This document shows positions 1 to 10,161 of a stretch of 64,000 nucleotides of DNA, one piece after another. The notes beneath the pieces were generated by a model that worked only from the letters and a program-made list of their open reading frames with translations, was not told where the DNA came from and searched no databases. The position numbers were made by a program, and so were the translations under genes. Source of the stretch: a virus; IMG/VR virus record IMGVR_UViG_3300025436_000002, positions 64,001-128,000 of that record, one strand, 5' to 3'. Position 1 is the stretch's first letter. The number at the start of each line of letters is the position of its first letter.

Positions 1-772
1 TGATATAAAAGCAAGCCATATAAAGAAAACAATACTAACCCCAAAACAGGAGATACAATTAGAAAAGGCAGTTAAGGATTGGAAATCTAATGCTAAGGGT
101 CAGATAACTGTTGTAGGTAGTGAAGATTTAGAGGAATGCACTCCTGCATACCTAGAGGCATTTATCCAAAAAAAGAAAGAGGAGATGGGTGGAGAACTAG
201 ATCTAGTGGTTATCGATTATATAAATCTCTTTAAGAACAGAATTCCTCCTTCATTAAAACTAGATCAATACTCCGCACTTAACCATTACATTCAGTTTTT
301 TACAGATTTGAGTATTCGGATGAATTTTATCTTGTTAATGTTATGTCAGGTTAGCAGGGCGGGAACTGAATTGTTAGAGAAACAAGGTGAGCAGGATGGG
401 GGTAAAAAGTTAGCAAGTACTACCTATTTTGCAGAGGCTAACGAGATAGAAAGGTCTGCATCTGTAGCTTTGATACTGTATGCATCAAAAGCTCAGAAAA
501 ATGCAGGAAATGTTGACATATTTATAGTTAAAAATAGAGATGGAGACACTCCTGAGAATCCTATAAATACAATAGTACTACCTGAGTATTTCTCAGTAGG
601 TGTAGCCAAAAGCCAATTCCCAGAGATGGGAAATCCAGAAGCAATGGCAGAACTAATAACTAATCCAGCATCTTCTAAAACAACGGAAGAAATTATGGAA
701 GAAGAACAGGATGCTGAGAACGTAGATGAGGAATACGATATGGATTTCGGCAGTATGGATTTTGAAGACTAG
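1..772 (+). CDS. DnaB-like replicative helicase, C-terminal part (5'-truncated by window)
   Basis: LVVIDYI (Walker B), LCQVSR, EIERSASV and IVKNRDG are DnaB-family motifs; the reading frame appears open upstream of the tracked ATG. Confidence 0.85.
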   Translation, partial: DIKASHIKKTILTPKQEIQLEKAVKDWKSNAKGQITVVGSEDLEECTPAYLEAFIQKKKEEMGGELDLVVIDYINLFKNRIPPSLKLDQYSALNHYIQFFTDLSIRMNFILLMLCQVSRAGTELLEKQGEQDGGKKLASTTYFAEANEIERSASVALILYASKAQKNAGNVDIFIVKNRDGDTPENPINTIVLPEYFSVGVAKSQFPEMGNPEAMAELITNPASSKTTEEIMEEEQDAENVDEEYDMDFGSMDFED

Positions 773-1254
773 TGTGTAATAATGAAATAGGTAAATTAGA
801 TAAAAGACAGCTTAAAACTTTAATAGAAAGGCTGGTACCCTTTGAAGAGTTAACAGATGTTCATACGGGAAGACCTATAGATATTAAATTAGGTACTTGT
901 TTTTGCTTATTTCATGATAATAAAAATAGTCCCGCAGCTAAATGGTTCCATGATGAGGATGGAATAACTAGATTACAGTGTTGGAGTTGTAATAAACAAT
1001 TTACATCCTATGACTACATTACAAAAATACAAGGACAAGACCCTTTGAAAATCATAGGCATGCAATTCACCGAGAAAGAGTTAAAAGATATCCTAAAGAT
1101 ACTCAGAGATACTGGAAGTTTCGATAAACATATAGATGATTTTTCAAAAGAAATTCATAATAAGTGGGTAGATAGTGATGAAGACTTATCTACATTTTTA
1201 GATGATCTGTATTTTGGGTATACGGTCAAAGAGGTTAGAGAGGAGATTAAATAA
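772..1254 (+). CDS. Primase-type CHC2 zinc-finger protein
   Basis: CLFHDNKNSPA...CWSC matches the DnaG zinc-binding domain; lies between helicase and polymerase. Confidence 0.7.
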   Translation: MCNNEIGKLDKRQLKTLIERLVPFEELTDVHTGRPIDIKLGTCFCLFHDNKNSPAAKWFHDEDGITRLQCWSCNKQFTSYDYITKIQGQDPLKIIGMQFTEKELKDILKILRDTGSFDKHIDDFSKEIHNKWVDSDEDLSTFLDDLYFGYTVKEVREEIK

Positions 1255-4200
1255 TGGCATTAGATAATAAACTAGGGTATACTCACTTCTTTAGTGGACA
1301 AGTGCCTTTAGATTGGAATTGGGAGAGTAAGGCTAAGTTTAACCTCGTAACTAACGTACTCGAGTTACATCAGATACTCTCAGAAAATAAAGGTAAGACA
1401 ATGGCTGTGGATACCGAAACGACTGGATTGGATCTAGGCATGGACAAGGTAGTTGGATTTTCATTCTCTTTTGATGAATGGAAAGGTTACTATGTTCCTA
1501 TAAGACATGAAGAGGTTAGTCGGATAGAAACTGAAGTGCCTAAGATAGATAAAGAGGGTAACAAGGTTTTATACAAGAAAACGGGACTTCCTCAGATGAA
1601 GAAGATAACTCTTGAAGAGTACACTCCTTACAATTGCAATCTTGATCCTAAGGTAGCCTTAGATTTAATATATGAAACCATGCTCAACGCCAAGCTTGTT
1701 TTAATGCACAATGCTATTTTTGACAGCATGATGATAAAAAAAGAAGATTACGACATGTCAAAGATTAACTTATTTGATACTATGGTTTTGACCTATAATT
1801 CAGATACTAACGCCTCAGGTCAATTTGGTCTGAAACCTGCTTCTGAACTCTTCCTAGGCAGAAGAGCCCAGAAGTTCAAAGAGGTATTAGGAAAGTCTAA
1901 AACTTTTCAATATATAAACCCAACAGATTGCTTTGAGTATGCATGTTCGGATGCAATAAATACTTACGGACTGTTTAAAAAATTGTATCCTATGCTTAGA
2001 GCAGAAGGATGTGAAAGCATTCTTAAAATGGACAATGCTTTAGTTAAGTCTTTTATAAATTACTATACCTCAGTTCCTATTTATATCGATAAGAAGATAA
2101 TGAGAGAATATGAGGAAGAGATTTTAAGAAGAAAAAAAGATCTTGAGATGTCTATCTACAAGGCGGTAGGATACCCTTTTAACATAGCTTCAAAATCTAA
2201 CGAACTAGTAAAAGCGTTAGAAAGTATGGGGATAGATACAGGAGTAAAAACTGATGGAGGTAAGATGAGTACCTCCAAGGATTCCCTACTTGCAATATCA
2301 GATAAACATCCCATAGCAAAAGAACTTATAGAGTTAAGCGGTCTTGAGAAAGCTTTAAACACTTATATACATAAACTAGCCAATGCCAACTCAGTGTCCG
2401 ATGAGAATCCAGATGTAGGGATGTGTAGGGTAAACTATAAACTCTTCGGCACAGCCTCAGGAAGGCTTGCATCTGGAGGCGGAGCTAAGTCTAAGGTATT
2501 GGAGGATGATTACTTTATCAATTTGAATATTCAAAATCTGACCAAACCCAAACCAGCCATGTATAATGCTGTAAAAATATCTGATGATTTTAGAGAAGGT
2601 ATTTTAGGTTATAGATTTGATCTATTAGGAAAACCAGGAAGTAATGAAGTCAAAGAATTCATTACTAATAATAAAGATGCTTATATTATAGAAGGATTCT
2701 CCCCAGAGATCAATGTACGAAAAGCTATAAGAGTTAAAGATGATACTGAACTTATTGCCTCATTAGATTACAATGGGGAAGAGTTAAAGATCGCAGGGAT
2801 ATTATCAGGAGAGCCTAATTTTATAGAACCTTTCAGATTAGGTTTAGATGTTCACACAGAAATGGCTAAGAAGTTATTTGGAGAAGCTAACTATAATAAA
2901 GAGAAGAGAAAAGCAGCAAAAGTTTGTTTGGGGGATAACTCATTTGTTTTAACAAATAGAGGCTTGGTTAGACCTTACTCATTATTAAGCACGGATAAAA
3001 TAATAGATAGGTTTGAGAGAGAACAGGATTTTATTTATGCAGAGGATTTTTCGGATACTATTGAAGTGTTATATGATTCAGGCATAGTTGAGGAGTACAA
3101 GACAGATCACCCTGTCTTAACATGGGATGGAGATAAGACATCTTGGAAAAAAGTGGGAGATTTAACAGGTTTAGATCAAGTGTTAACTAGAACAAATATA
3201 CATAAAGGCAGTAGAACATCAAAAATAGTGAATCTTAAAGAGTACTATAAAAGAAAATTTAAGAACATGAAGGATACTTTAATAGATATGGCTACTCCAG
3301 AATTTGCATACATAGCTGGACTCTATTTAGGGGACGGGAGCATAGACTATAGTAACAAAGAAGATCATTATGTGGGAGTTACTTTAGGATGCTCGGATAA
3401 AGTATTAACTAGAGTATTACCTTACCTAAGTAGCTTGGGACTTGGAAAATTAACTCCCTACAAAGTTGGTAAGAACAAAGTACTAAATATATTAAAACTT
3501 AATAATAGACCTCTAGCAGAAGTGTTTGAAATTAATTTTGGCAGGAAGGAATCTAAAAAGATACCTGATTGGATATACACCCACTGGGATTCTGGATGTC
3601 TTACTAACTTTATTTCAGGTCTACTAGATTCAGATGGAACCCGAAAAGGGAATAGATTATTCTTTGGGAATAAGAACATGAATATCATAAATAACTTTGC
3701 ACTAACATGTTCTTTATTAGGAATAAAAACTAGGTATATAAAAGAAACACCTAAGTACAAAGGAATTCCGTTCGATTTTCACACTCTTGTATTATATGAA
3801 ATAGGAGACGTTAACCTAAATTTATCAAATGATTACAAGAATGTAACTAAGTCCAAGTACACTAATATAAGTTGGAATTGTACAAGTAAACTTGCTGATA
3901 TTTTACATAGTAAAGTATTTTCTATTCCTAAAACATCAAAGACTATTAGAGATAACATCTATAACATTAAGAAAAAGGGATGCGGGCTTACAAGAAATGT
4001 ACTAACTGAATTAGAATCGCTAGGGATAATCCTTGACATTAGTGGAGATTACCAACCCTCAAAAGTTATATCCAAAAAGATGGGTAATGGTAGAATACAC
4101 GCAATTCAGACTACACACAGGGAGTACGTAAGTTCTTGTATAGTTAGTCATAATTGTAACTTTGGGATGTTATACGGGGGAAGCCCGAATGTATTAAGGG

Positions 4201-4748
4201 CTGTAGCTGCTTCACAGGGGTTAATACTTTCAGAGAAAGAGTCTAAGGAATTATTTAATAAGTGGTGGAGAGCTAACTCAATCTTAAAATCATGGATACA
4301 GACTAACTTAGACTTAATCAAAGAAAATAACTTCACCGTTAAGGATATGTTTGGCCGACCAAGGAGAGTAAAATCATATCTTTGCTCAGAGGAGAAGGGA
4401 GTGTATAATTTTGGTTGTCGTAGTATCCCGTCGCATCAAATTCAAGGTTCTGGGTCTTCAATAATCCGTAGACTAACTATAAATTTGGAGAAAAAAGTAT
4501 TTAGCAACCCAGTTTATAAAGATAGAGCAAGGTTTATATCAGAAGTTCACGATGAAATGAATGTAGCTTTTAAGAAAGAAAATATAATAGATGATGTTAG
4601 GATGTTAGAAGATGAGATGATATATAAACCTAAAGGATCTCCAATTCCCATAGATTGTAGTATAGAGTTGGGTAACAATTTAGGAGAACTGTTTGGATTT
4701 GTGTGGGAAACATCTGAGAGATTGAAATTAATACCTAAGAGAGCTTGA
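1254..4748 (+). CDS. polA: Family A DNA polymerase with 3'-5' exonuclease, intein-containing
   Basis: DTETTG (ExoI), HNAIFD, YACSDA, GTASGRLAS, NIQN, SLDYNGEELKI (motif A), RKAAKV..NFGMLYG (motif B), EVHDE (motif C). Confidence 0.95.
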   Translation: MALDNKLGYTHFFSGQVPLDWNWESKAKFNLVTNVLELHQILSENKGKTMAVDTETTGLDLGMDKVVGFSFSFDEWKGYYVPIRHEEVSRIETEVPKIDKEGNKVLYKKTGLPQMKKITLEEYTPYNCNLDPKVALDLIYETMLNAKLVLMHNAIFDSMMIKKEDYDMSKINLFDTMVLTYNSDTNASGQFGLKPASELFLGRRAQKFKEVLGKSKTFQYINPTDCFEYACSDAINTYGLFKKLYPMLRAEGCESILKMDNALVKSFINYYTSVPIYIDKKIMREYEEEILRRKKDLEMSIYKAVGYPFNIASKSNELVKALESMGIDTGVKTDGGKMSTSKDSLLAISDKHPIAKELIELSGLEKALNTYIHKLANANSVSDENPDVGMCRVNYKLFGTASGRLASGGGAKSKVLEDDYFINLNIQNLTKPKPAMYNAVKISDDFREGILGYRFDLLGKPGSNEVKEFITNNKDAYIIEGFSPEINVRKAIRVKDDTELIASLDYNGEELKIAGILSGEPNFIEPFRLGLDVHTEMAKKLFGEANYNKEKRKAAKVCLGDNSFVLTNRGLVRPYSLLSTDKIIDRFEREQDFIYAEDFSDTIEVLYDSGIVEEYKTDHPVLTWDGDKTSWKKVGDLTGLDQVLTRTNIHKGSRTSKIVNLKEYYKRKFKNMKDTLIDMATPEFAYIAGLYLGDGSIDYSNKEDHYVGVTLGCSDKVLTRVLPYLSSLGLGKLTPYKVGKNKVLNILKLNNRPLAEVFEINFGRKESKKIPDWIYTHWDSGCLTNFISGLLDSDGTRKGNRLFFGNKNMNIINNFALTCSLLGIKTRYIKETPKYKGIPFDFHTLVLYEIGDVNLNLSNDYKNVTKSKYTNISWNCTSKLADILHSKVFSIPKTSKTIRDNIYNIKKKGCGLTRNVLTELESLGIILDISGDYQPSKVISKKMGNGRIHAIQTTHREYVSSCIVSHNCNFGMLYGGSPNVLRAVAASQGLILSEKESKELFNKWWRANSILKSWIQTNLDLIKENNFTVKDMFGRPRRVKSYLCSEEKGVYNFGCRSIPSHQIQGSGSSIIRRLTINLEKKVFSNPVYKDRARFISEVHDEMNVAFKKENIIDDVRMLEDEMIYKPKGSPIPIDCSIELGNNLGELFGFVWETSERLKLIPKRA
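2925..4154 (+). mobile_element. Intein (410 aa) with LAGLIDADG homing endonuclease, inserted in PolA motif B
   Basis: Starts CLGDNSFVLTNRGL and ends IVSHN followed by extein Cys; block B TDHP; YIAGLYLGDG and FISGLLDSDG; removal restores KRKAAKV-CNFGMLYG. Confidence 0.93.
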
Positions 4749-4763
4749 GTTTGTAACAAAATG

Positions 4764-4792
4764 TTGCAATGTGTAAAGATATATGTTATAAT
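4764..4792 (+). promoter_or_regulatory. Sigma70/sigmaA-type promoter
   Basis: TTGCAA-17 bp-TATAAT with extended TG. Confidence 0.65.
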
Positions 4793-4830
4793 AATAGCAA
4801 AGACTACTATTTATTAATAAAGGAGAGGGC

Positions 4831-6246
4831 ATGGGTAAGTCAGAGAATAAGAAACTAAAAATTAACGAAGAGATTAGCAACTTTCTACTTTGGAGAGAAA
4901 CGAATTGTCCAGAGTTAAACTTTAAAAAATGTTGGGATAAAATACGGAAGATGAGGGATCACTATTGTCAAGGATTGCATGCATTCGATGATAAATGTCC
5001 ATCTTGGGTCTTTGAATTTGGATACAGTTCTCTTTACAATGAGATGGTAGCTAGAGGGCTTACAGGTAAGGGTAAGAAATCAAAGGTAGTAGAACAGGAA
5101 TCTGAAATAGGTCAATACATGTCTGAGGGAAACTGCACACTTCATTCATGGGAAGAAGCAGATGCCGAGGTAATCCTTGCCAATACTATTCTCCAGAAGA
5201 GAGTACAGAAACTTCAGGATACCGAAAGAATAAAGAACAAAGGTTGGAGGGAAAATAATAGGTTAGACAATGCTCTGGGGGAAGCTAACAAAGAGTTGGT
5301 TAAATTATTAGAGACCGTTAACCTATCTGAGAAAACAGTTTTCCATAAGGTAGAGTCTAGTACTGAGAAGATGGGACTGATACAACTCTCAGATATTCAC
5401 TTCAATGAGCTTATAAACCTAAAGAATAACAAGTATGATTTTAATATAGCCTCTCAAAGACTATACTTACTAGCCGAGAAATCAATATCATATTTTAAAA
5501 TGCAGGGCATTACTCATGTTGTTGTAGCTAGTACGGGAGATCTACTTAACAAGGATGATATTCTCGATAAACTTTTAAGTAACGCAACTAACAGAATGAA
5601 TGCTTGCTTATTAGCTACAAGTATATTATCTCAATTCTTACTACATCTTAATGCACATTTCAAAAAAATAACCTTCTGTGGAGTTACTGGCAACGAAACA
5701 AGAATGAGTAAGGACATAGCTTGGTCAGACCAAGTAGTAAGTGACAACTATGACTTAATGCTATACAACATGTTACGAGCTAGGTTTATGGGTTCAGAGT
5801 CTGTAGTATTCCATGTAGATGATCCGTTAGAGCAAGTTATAGAAGTAGCAGGTAATAATGTATTACTAATGCATGGACATCAATTAGGTAGAGACTTAGC
5901 AAACGGTGTTAAGAAGGCGGTAGCTAAGTATTCATATGAGGGAATTCAAATAGACTACGTACTAAGTGGGCATTTACATGAAGCTTATATTTCAGATAAC
6001 TATTCTAGAAGCTCAGGCATGTGTGGTCAAAATTCTTACTCAGATAAGGGATTACAACTTTCAGGTAGGGCTAGTCAAAACATAGGTATATTCTATAAGA
6101 ATAAGAATAGAGACATTATCAAAGTTGACTTACAGCATGTGGAAGGAGTTGAGGGATATACAGTTACAAAAGAATTAGAATCTTATAATGCTAAGAGTCA
6201 TGATAAACTATGTAAGAATAAGACGATATTTAAAATAGTAATTTAG
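4831..6246 (+). CDS. Calcineurin-like metallophosphoesterase/exonuclease with N-terminal coiled coil
   Basis: SDIH, TGD, GNE, HGH and GHLH metal-binding motifs. Confidence 0.8.
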   Translation: MGKSENKKLKINEEISNFLLWRETNCPELNFKKCWDKIRKMRDHYCQGLHAFDDKCPSWVFEFGYSSLYNEMVARGLTGKGKKSKVVEQESEIGQYMSEGNCTLHSWEEADAEVILANTILQKRVQKLQDTERIKNKGWRENNRLDNALGEANKELVKLLETVNLSEKTVFHKVESSTEKMGLIQLSDIHFNELINLKNNKYDFNIASQRLYLLAEKSISYFKMQGITHVVVASTGDLLNKDDILDKLLSNATNRMNACLLATSILSQFLLHLNAHFKKITFCGVTGNETRMSKDIAWSDQVVSDNYDLMLYNMLRARFMGSESVVFHVDDPLEQVIEVAGNNVLLMHGHQLGRDLANGVKKAVAKYSYEGIQIDYVLSGHLHEAYISDNYSRSSGMCGQNSYSDKGLQLSGRASQNIGIFYKNKNRDIIKVDLQHVEGVEGYTVTKELESYNAKSHDKLCKNKTIFKIVI

Positions 6247-6265
6247 AGAAGGGGAAGATTAAGAC

Positions 6266-6505
6266 ATGGGTTTTCTAAACATTTTTAAAACATTAACGAC
6301 TAATATTAAAAAGGTTGTATCGAATTTTACATGTAATTCAGTAAGAATGGACCTCGAAAGAATACCTAAGGATACTAAACAGGCACTAGATAATCTAACA
6401 CCAGAAGCTACTGCATCCTTAATAGCCAGTAGGGACTCCTTGCTCACAGAGATCGAAAGAGTAGCAGACACTTCAGTTAAGAATACTTTGAATAAATTAG
6501 ATTAA
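6266..6505 (+). CDS. Hypothetical protein
   Basis: ORF with RBS, within operon. Confidence 0.55.
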   Translation: MGFLNIFKTLTTNIKKVVSNFTCNSVRMDLERIPKDTKQALDNLTPEATASLIASRDSLLTEIERVADTSVKNTLNKLD

Positions 6506-6520
6506 GAGGGGATTAAAAAC

Positions 6521-6838
6521 ATGTCAGAAGAATTTATACCTTTAGCAGACCGTATAATTTTAGAGATTCTTGATCAAGACTTGAAAGGTTTTGAAGAATC
6601 AGCAGGAGGTCTATTCATACCTAAGGAAGACAAGAAGGATATAACCATTAGAGCTAAAGTTTTAAGTGTTGGAGCAGGTGCCTTATTAGCTAACGGAACG
6701 AGGACAAAAACTGAAGTTAGTGTGGGAGATATAGTCATGTTAGACAATATGACAGGACTTACAACAAAGATGAATAGAAAAAAAATATTGATAGTAGCTG
6801 AGCGAAACATCATAGCCATCATAAGAGATGTAGAATAA
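6521..6838 (+). CDS. groES: Co-chaperonin GroES (Cpn10)
   Basis: PLADRII, SAGGLFIP, VLSVGAG, VSVGDIV, ERNIIAII. Confidence 0.9.
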   Translation: MSEEFIPLADRIILEILDQDLKGFEESAGGLFIPKEDKKDITIRAKVLSVGAGALLANGTRTKTEVSVGDIVMLDNMTGLTTKMNRKKILIVAERNIIAIIRDVE

Positions 6839-6930
6839 GTAACAATAACTTAATAAATTAGAAAGATAGACTTGTAATTGAGTCTATCTTTTGTTATACT
6901 AGTTATGTAAGATTAATTAAAAGGGGACTA
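6839..6930 (+). promoter_or_regulatory. Hairpin-embedded sigma70-type promoter
   Basis: TTGTAA(6872)-17-TATACT(6895); inverted repeat AAAGATAGACT/AGTCTATCTTT. Confidence 0.75.
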
Positions 6931-6934
6931 GATT

Positions 6935-7150
6935 ATGGCATATGATAAAGGTTATGAAATATGTGAGCATTATACTAAGTTACCTAAAAAAGAGTTGATT
7001 AGCTTATGTGTAGAGATTGCAGAAGAGACTGAGCTATTCTGTGATAAAGGGGATTACATAGTAGGACTTAAAAAACTAACAGTTAAGAAACTAGCAGTAA
7101 CTCTAAGAAGCCTCGAGTTTAGAAAAGAATTTATGAATAAAGATAAGTAG
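6935..7150 (+). CDS. Hypothetical protein
   Basis: ORF after promoter and RBS. Confidence 0.6.
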   Translation: MAYDKGYEICEHYTKLPKKELISLCVEIAEETELFCDKGDYIVGLKKLTVKKLAVTLRSLEFRKEFMNKDK

Positions 7151-7203
7151 GCTATTGACTTTATTTTCAGATATGCTATACTTAAATAAAGAGGAGATTT
7201 AAT

Positions 7204-7443
7204 ATGAGCATGTGTAACTATTGCCATTCACCTAGAATAGATAAAGACTCTTTGAAGTATGAGGATAATTACTATTGCTCCTTGGAATGCTTCTATAACG
7301 CTAGGTCTAAATATAAATGTGAGTCTACTAGGGAGGAGTTAGTAGATAAAATATCAGACTTAGAAAGTCAGATAGAATCTTTAGAGGAAGAGAACTCTGA
7401 GTTAGGTAATAAGGTAGACGAGTATGAAGAATACAAGGGGTAA
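7204..7443 (+). CDS. Small zinc-finger plus coiled-coil protein
   Basis: CNYC...YCSLEC, then a heptad coil; GGAG RBS. Confidence 0.6.
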   Translation: MSMCNYCHSPRIDKDSLKYEDNYYCSLECFYNARSKYKCESTREELVDKISDLESQIESLEEENSELGNKVDEYEEYKG

Positions 7444-7531
7444 GGTTAACAAAGCTAGTCTCCTTATAGATCAGTTAGATATTTCCCTAGATGACATCAC
7501 TGAGATACAAAAACTATTGGAGGATTAGTAT

Positions 7532-8125
7532 ATGGGAAATTTGTATATAGGAATAGAAACGACAGGTCTAAATGTTCATGAAGATGATATAATAAGGATA
7601 GCCATGCTTGTTGAAGAAGGTGGCAGGGTAAAAGAGAACTTTAAAATAAATCTTATTAAGCCTAGATCAGGAAGACTTCCATCCTCTATATCAAAAGAAT
7701 CTCTAGCCATAAATGGTATTAAGTTAGATGATTTAAGAAATGGAACAGATCCAGAGAGAGTAGCCTACTCAGTAATATCATTCTTAAAAGAGAATAGTAA
7801 CAATGGAAAAAGTAGGCTTAGATTGGTAACTTATAATTTAAAGTTTACTCTAGCTTTCCTAGCTAATTTTATAAAAACAAACACAGAGTATTCATTTACT
7901 AACTATTTAAGTAGTAGACCTTTAAGTATTAAAGAGGTAATACCTTTTGTAGAAATAAGTACTAGACATTACTTTAAGGATGCAAAATTTAGAACGATAT
8001 GCGGGGACTACGGTATTCAATTCACAGACGGGGATACTGAATCCAAGATTGAAGCCATGAGGTTACTTACAGATGGTATAACTAAGTCTATTAAAAGAGG
8101 AGAGATTATTCAATGCTCCAGCTAA
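7532..8125 (+). CDS. DEDD (DnaQ-like) 3'-5' exonuclease-fold protein, catalytic residues apparently degenerate
   Basis: IGIETTGL, SLAINGI and LVTYNLKFT resemble ExoI/ExoII with the Asp residues replaced. Confidence 0.65.
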   Translation: MGNLYIGIETTGLNVHEDDIIRIAMLVEEGGRVKENFKINLIKPRSGRLPSSISKESLAINGIKLDDLRNGTDPERVAYSVISFLKENSNNGKSRLRLVTYNLKFTLAFLANFIKTNTEYSFTNYLSSRPLSIKEVIPFVEISTRHYFKDAKFRTICGDYGIQFTDGDTESKIEAMRLLTDGITKSIKRGEIIQCSS

Positions 8126-8868
8126 ATAGTGTATATCTCGGAGATTGCCTAGAAGTTATGAAGGTTATAGATAATAAGTCCGTAGATATGATTCTAGGAG
8201 ACCTCCCTTACGCTGTTACAAACTCCTGTAAGTGGGACATATTAATACCCTTTGAACCTTTGTGGGAACAATATGAGAGAGTGATAAAAGATAACGGTTG
8301 TATCGCCTTGACAGCTTCGAATAAATTTCAATATAAACTTGTAGGAAGCAACTTAGATTTATTTAAATATGAATGGATTTGGGAAAAAACTAAGGCTACT
8401 GGATTTTTTAATTGTAAGAAACGTCCACTAGCTGCACATGAGTTTGTAAATATCTTCTATAAGAAACAACCCACATACAATGCTCAAAAAACACAAGGAC
8501 ATAAACCTGTCAATAGTTATACAAAGTACTTAGATGTAGCTAATAAGTCAGAAGTGTATGGAAAAAGTAACGTAGAGTTCTCAGGCGGAGGGAGTACTGA
8601 AAGATATCCTAGAAGTGTACTTAAATTCAAGTCAGATACTCAGACAAGTTCCTTCCATCAGACACAGAAACCTTTAGCTCTCATGGAGTATATGATTAAG
8701 ACTTACACCAACGAAGGGGACTTAGTTTTGGATAATTGTGCGGGTAGTGGAACAACATGTATAGCAGCAATAAATACTAACAGAAATTATATAGGTATAG
8801 AAAAAGATGAAAGCTACTTTGGTATAGCTAATAAACGTATTAAAGAACATAAGGAGAAATCTAATTGA
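8113..8868 (+). CDS. Site-specific DNA methyltransferase (N4-C/N6-A, beta class)
   Basis: GDCLEVM, DLPY, HQTQKP, VLDNCAGSGTT. Confidence 0.9.
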   Translation: MLQLNSVYLGDCLEVMKVIDNKSVDMILGDLPYAVTNSCKWDILIPFEPLWEQYERVIKDNGCIALTASNKFQYKLVGSNLDLFKYEWIWEKTKATGFFNCKKRPLAAHEFVNIFYKKQPTYNAQKTQGHKPVNSYTKYLDVANKSEVYGKSNVEFSGGGSTERYPRSVLKFKSDTQTSSFHQTQKPLALMEYMIKTYTNEGDLVLDNCAGSGTTCIAAINTNRNYIGIEKDESYFGIANKRIKEHKEKSN

Positions 8869-10121
8869 AAAAAAGTGACTTACTAGATAAAATAGAAGAG
8901 TTAGAACTTACACACTTAATACCTGAGAGGGCTACCAATAAAGACTTAGAGATGGTCATGGGAACAGATTACTTCAATAAGCATCCCGAAGTACAGACAT
9001 GGGGCATGAAGAGAAGACTATTTGATTTACAGAATCCCCAACTCTGTTTTAACTTTAAAGAATTAAAACCTCAAGAGCAAGAAGATATGCTCAAGAGTCC
9101 AGACTGGCTTGCTGAAACTAAGATTGATGGAATGAGATGTATAATAACATACCACCCAGACTACGGATTTGAATTCTTCTCAAGGGATATATCTGAATTA
9201 ACTTTCTTACCGAATAACTATACTGATAAAATAGTCATGATAAAGGATAACATTGTTAAGTATCCTAAGAGCTATAAAGGAGTATTTAAGCAATCTTTTA
9301 TACTAGACGGGGAAGTGTTAGTATCTAATAAGATGTTAGATACTACAGCCCATGGAGGAGGCTTCTCAATAACAGAATTAAATGCTACAGTCTCAATTCT
9401 TGGTTCTCTTCCAGAAAGAGCAAGAGAGATTCAACTAGATGGCAACCCTCTAAAATTCTGTGTGTTTGATTGCCTAGAGATAGGAGATACTGATATATCT
9501 AAGAAACCATATAGAGAGAGAAGAAAGTACCTACTCAAACTTTTAAGCATGGTTAAGGGAGTTACTCCTTTTGAACTACCTGAGAGTACTATTGAAAATA
9601 AACAAGAGTTCTTTGATAGGCTAGTTTCAGAGGGAAACGAAGGAGTGGTTCTTAAGAATATGAATGAACCTTACCATGCTACAACGTCTAGGAATAGAAG
9701 AGTTCAAGTTAAAATGAAGAGAACCATGTCGGGAGCTTTGAATCAAGATATCGACGTATTCATCTCTGGAAGTATACTTCCTAAGAAGAACTCAGCTCTA
9801 CATGTCTTAAATTTAATAGGGGGTATTAAAGTATCCTTATTTATAAAAGAACTTGATGGGACTGAGACGGAGCATTGGATTGGTACAGTCTCAGGGATTA
9901 CAGATTCATTACGGAAAAAAATGACTATCGAAGATGAGTTCGGAAATCCTACATTAAATCCAGAATACTACGGCAAGGTCATGGTGGTTGAAGGACAAGA
10001 TATAAGCTCTGTAAATCTCCGCCTTAGCCATGCCAGAGCCTTATCTTGGGCATTTAGATCGGATAAGAATTCATCAGATTGCTTAATGACTCGAGAAGAT
10101 CTTATGAGTCAAGTACTCTAG
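8865..10121 (+). CDS. ATP-dependent DNA ligase
   Basis: ETKIDGMR (KxDG), LDGEV, FCVFD, EGVVLK, VKMK. Confidence 0.9.
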   Translation: MKKSDLLDKIEELELTHLIPERATNKDLEMVMGTDYFNKHPEVQTWGMKRRLFDLQNPQLCFNFKELKPQEQEDMLKSPDWLAETKIDGMRCIITYHPDYGFEFFSRDISELTFLPNNYTDKIVMIKDNIVKYPKSYKGVFKQSFILDGEVLVSNKMLDTTAHGGGFSITELNATVSILGSLPERAREIQLDGNPLKFCVFDCLEIGDTDISKKPYRERRKYLLKLLSMVKGVTPFELPESTIENKQEFFDRLVSEGNEGVVLKNMNEPYHATTSRNRRVQVKMKRTMSGALNQDIDVFISGSILPKKNSALHVLNLIGGIKVSLFIKELDGTETEHWIGTVSGITDSLRKKMTIEDEFGNPTLNPEYYGKVMVVEGQDISSVNLRLSHARALSWAFRSDKNSSDCLMTREDLMSQVL

Positions 10122-10161
10122 AATTCATAGTTACATTAAATCTTGAAAGGTAGTCATAGTT

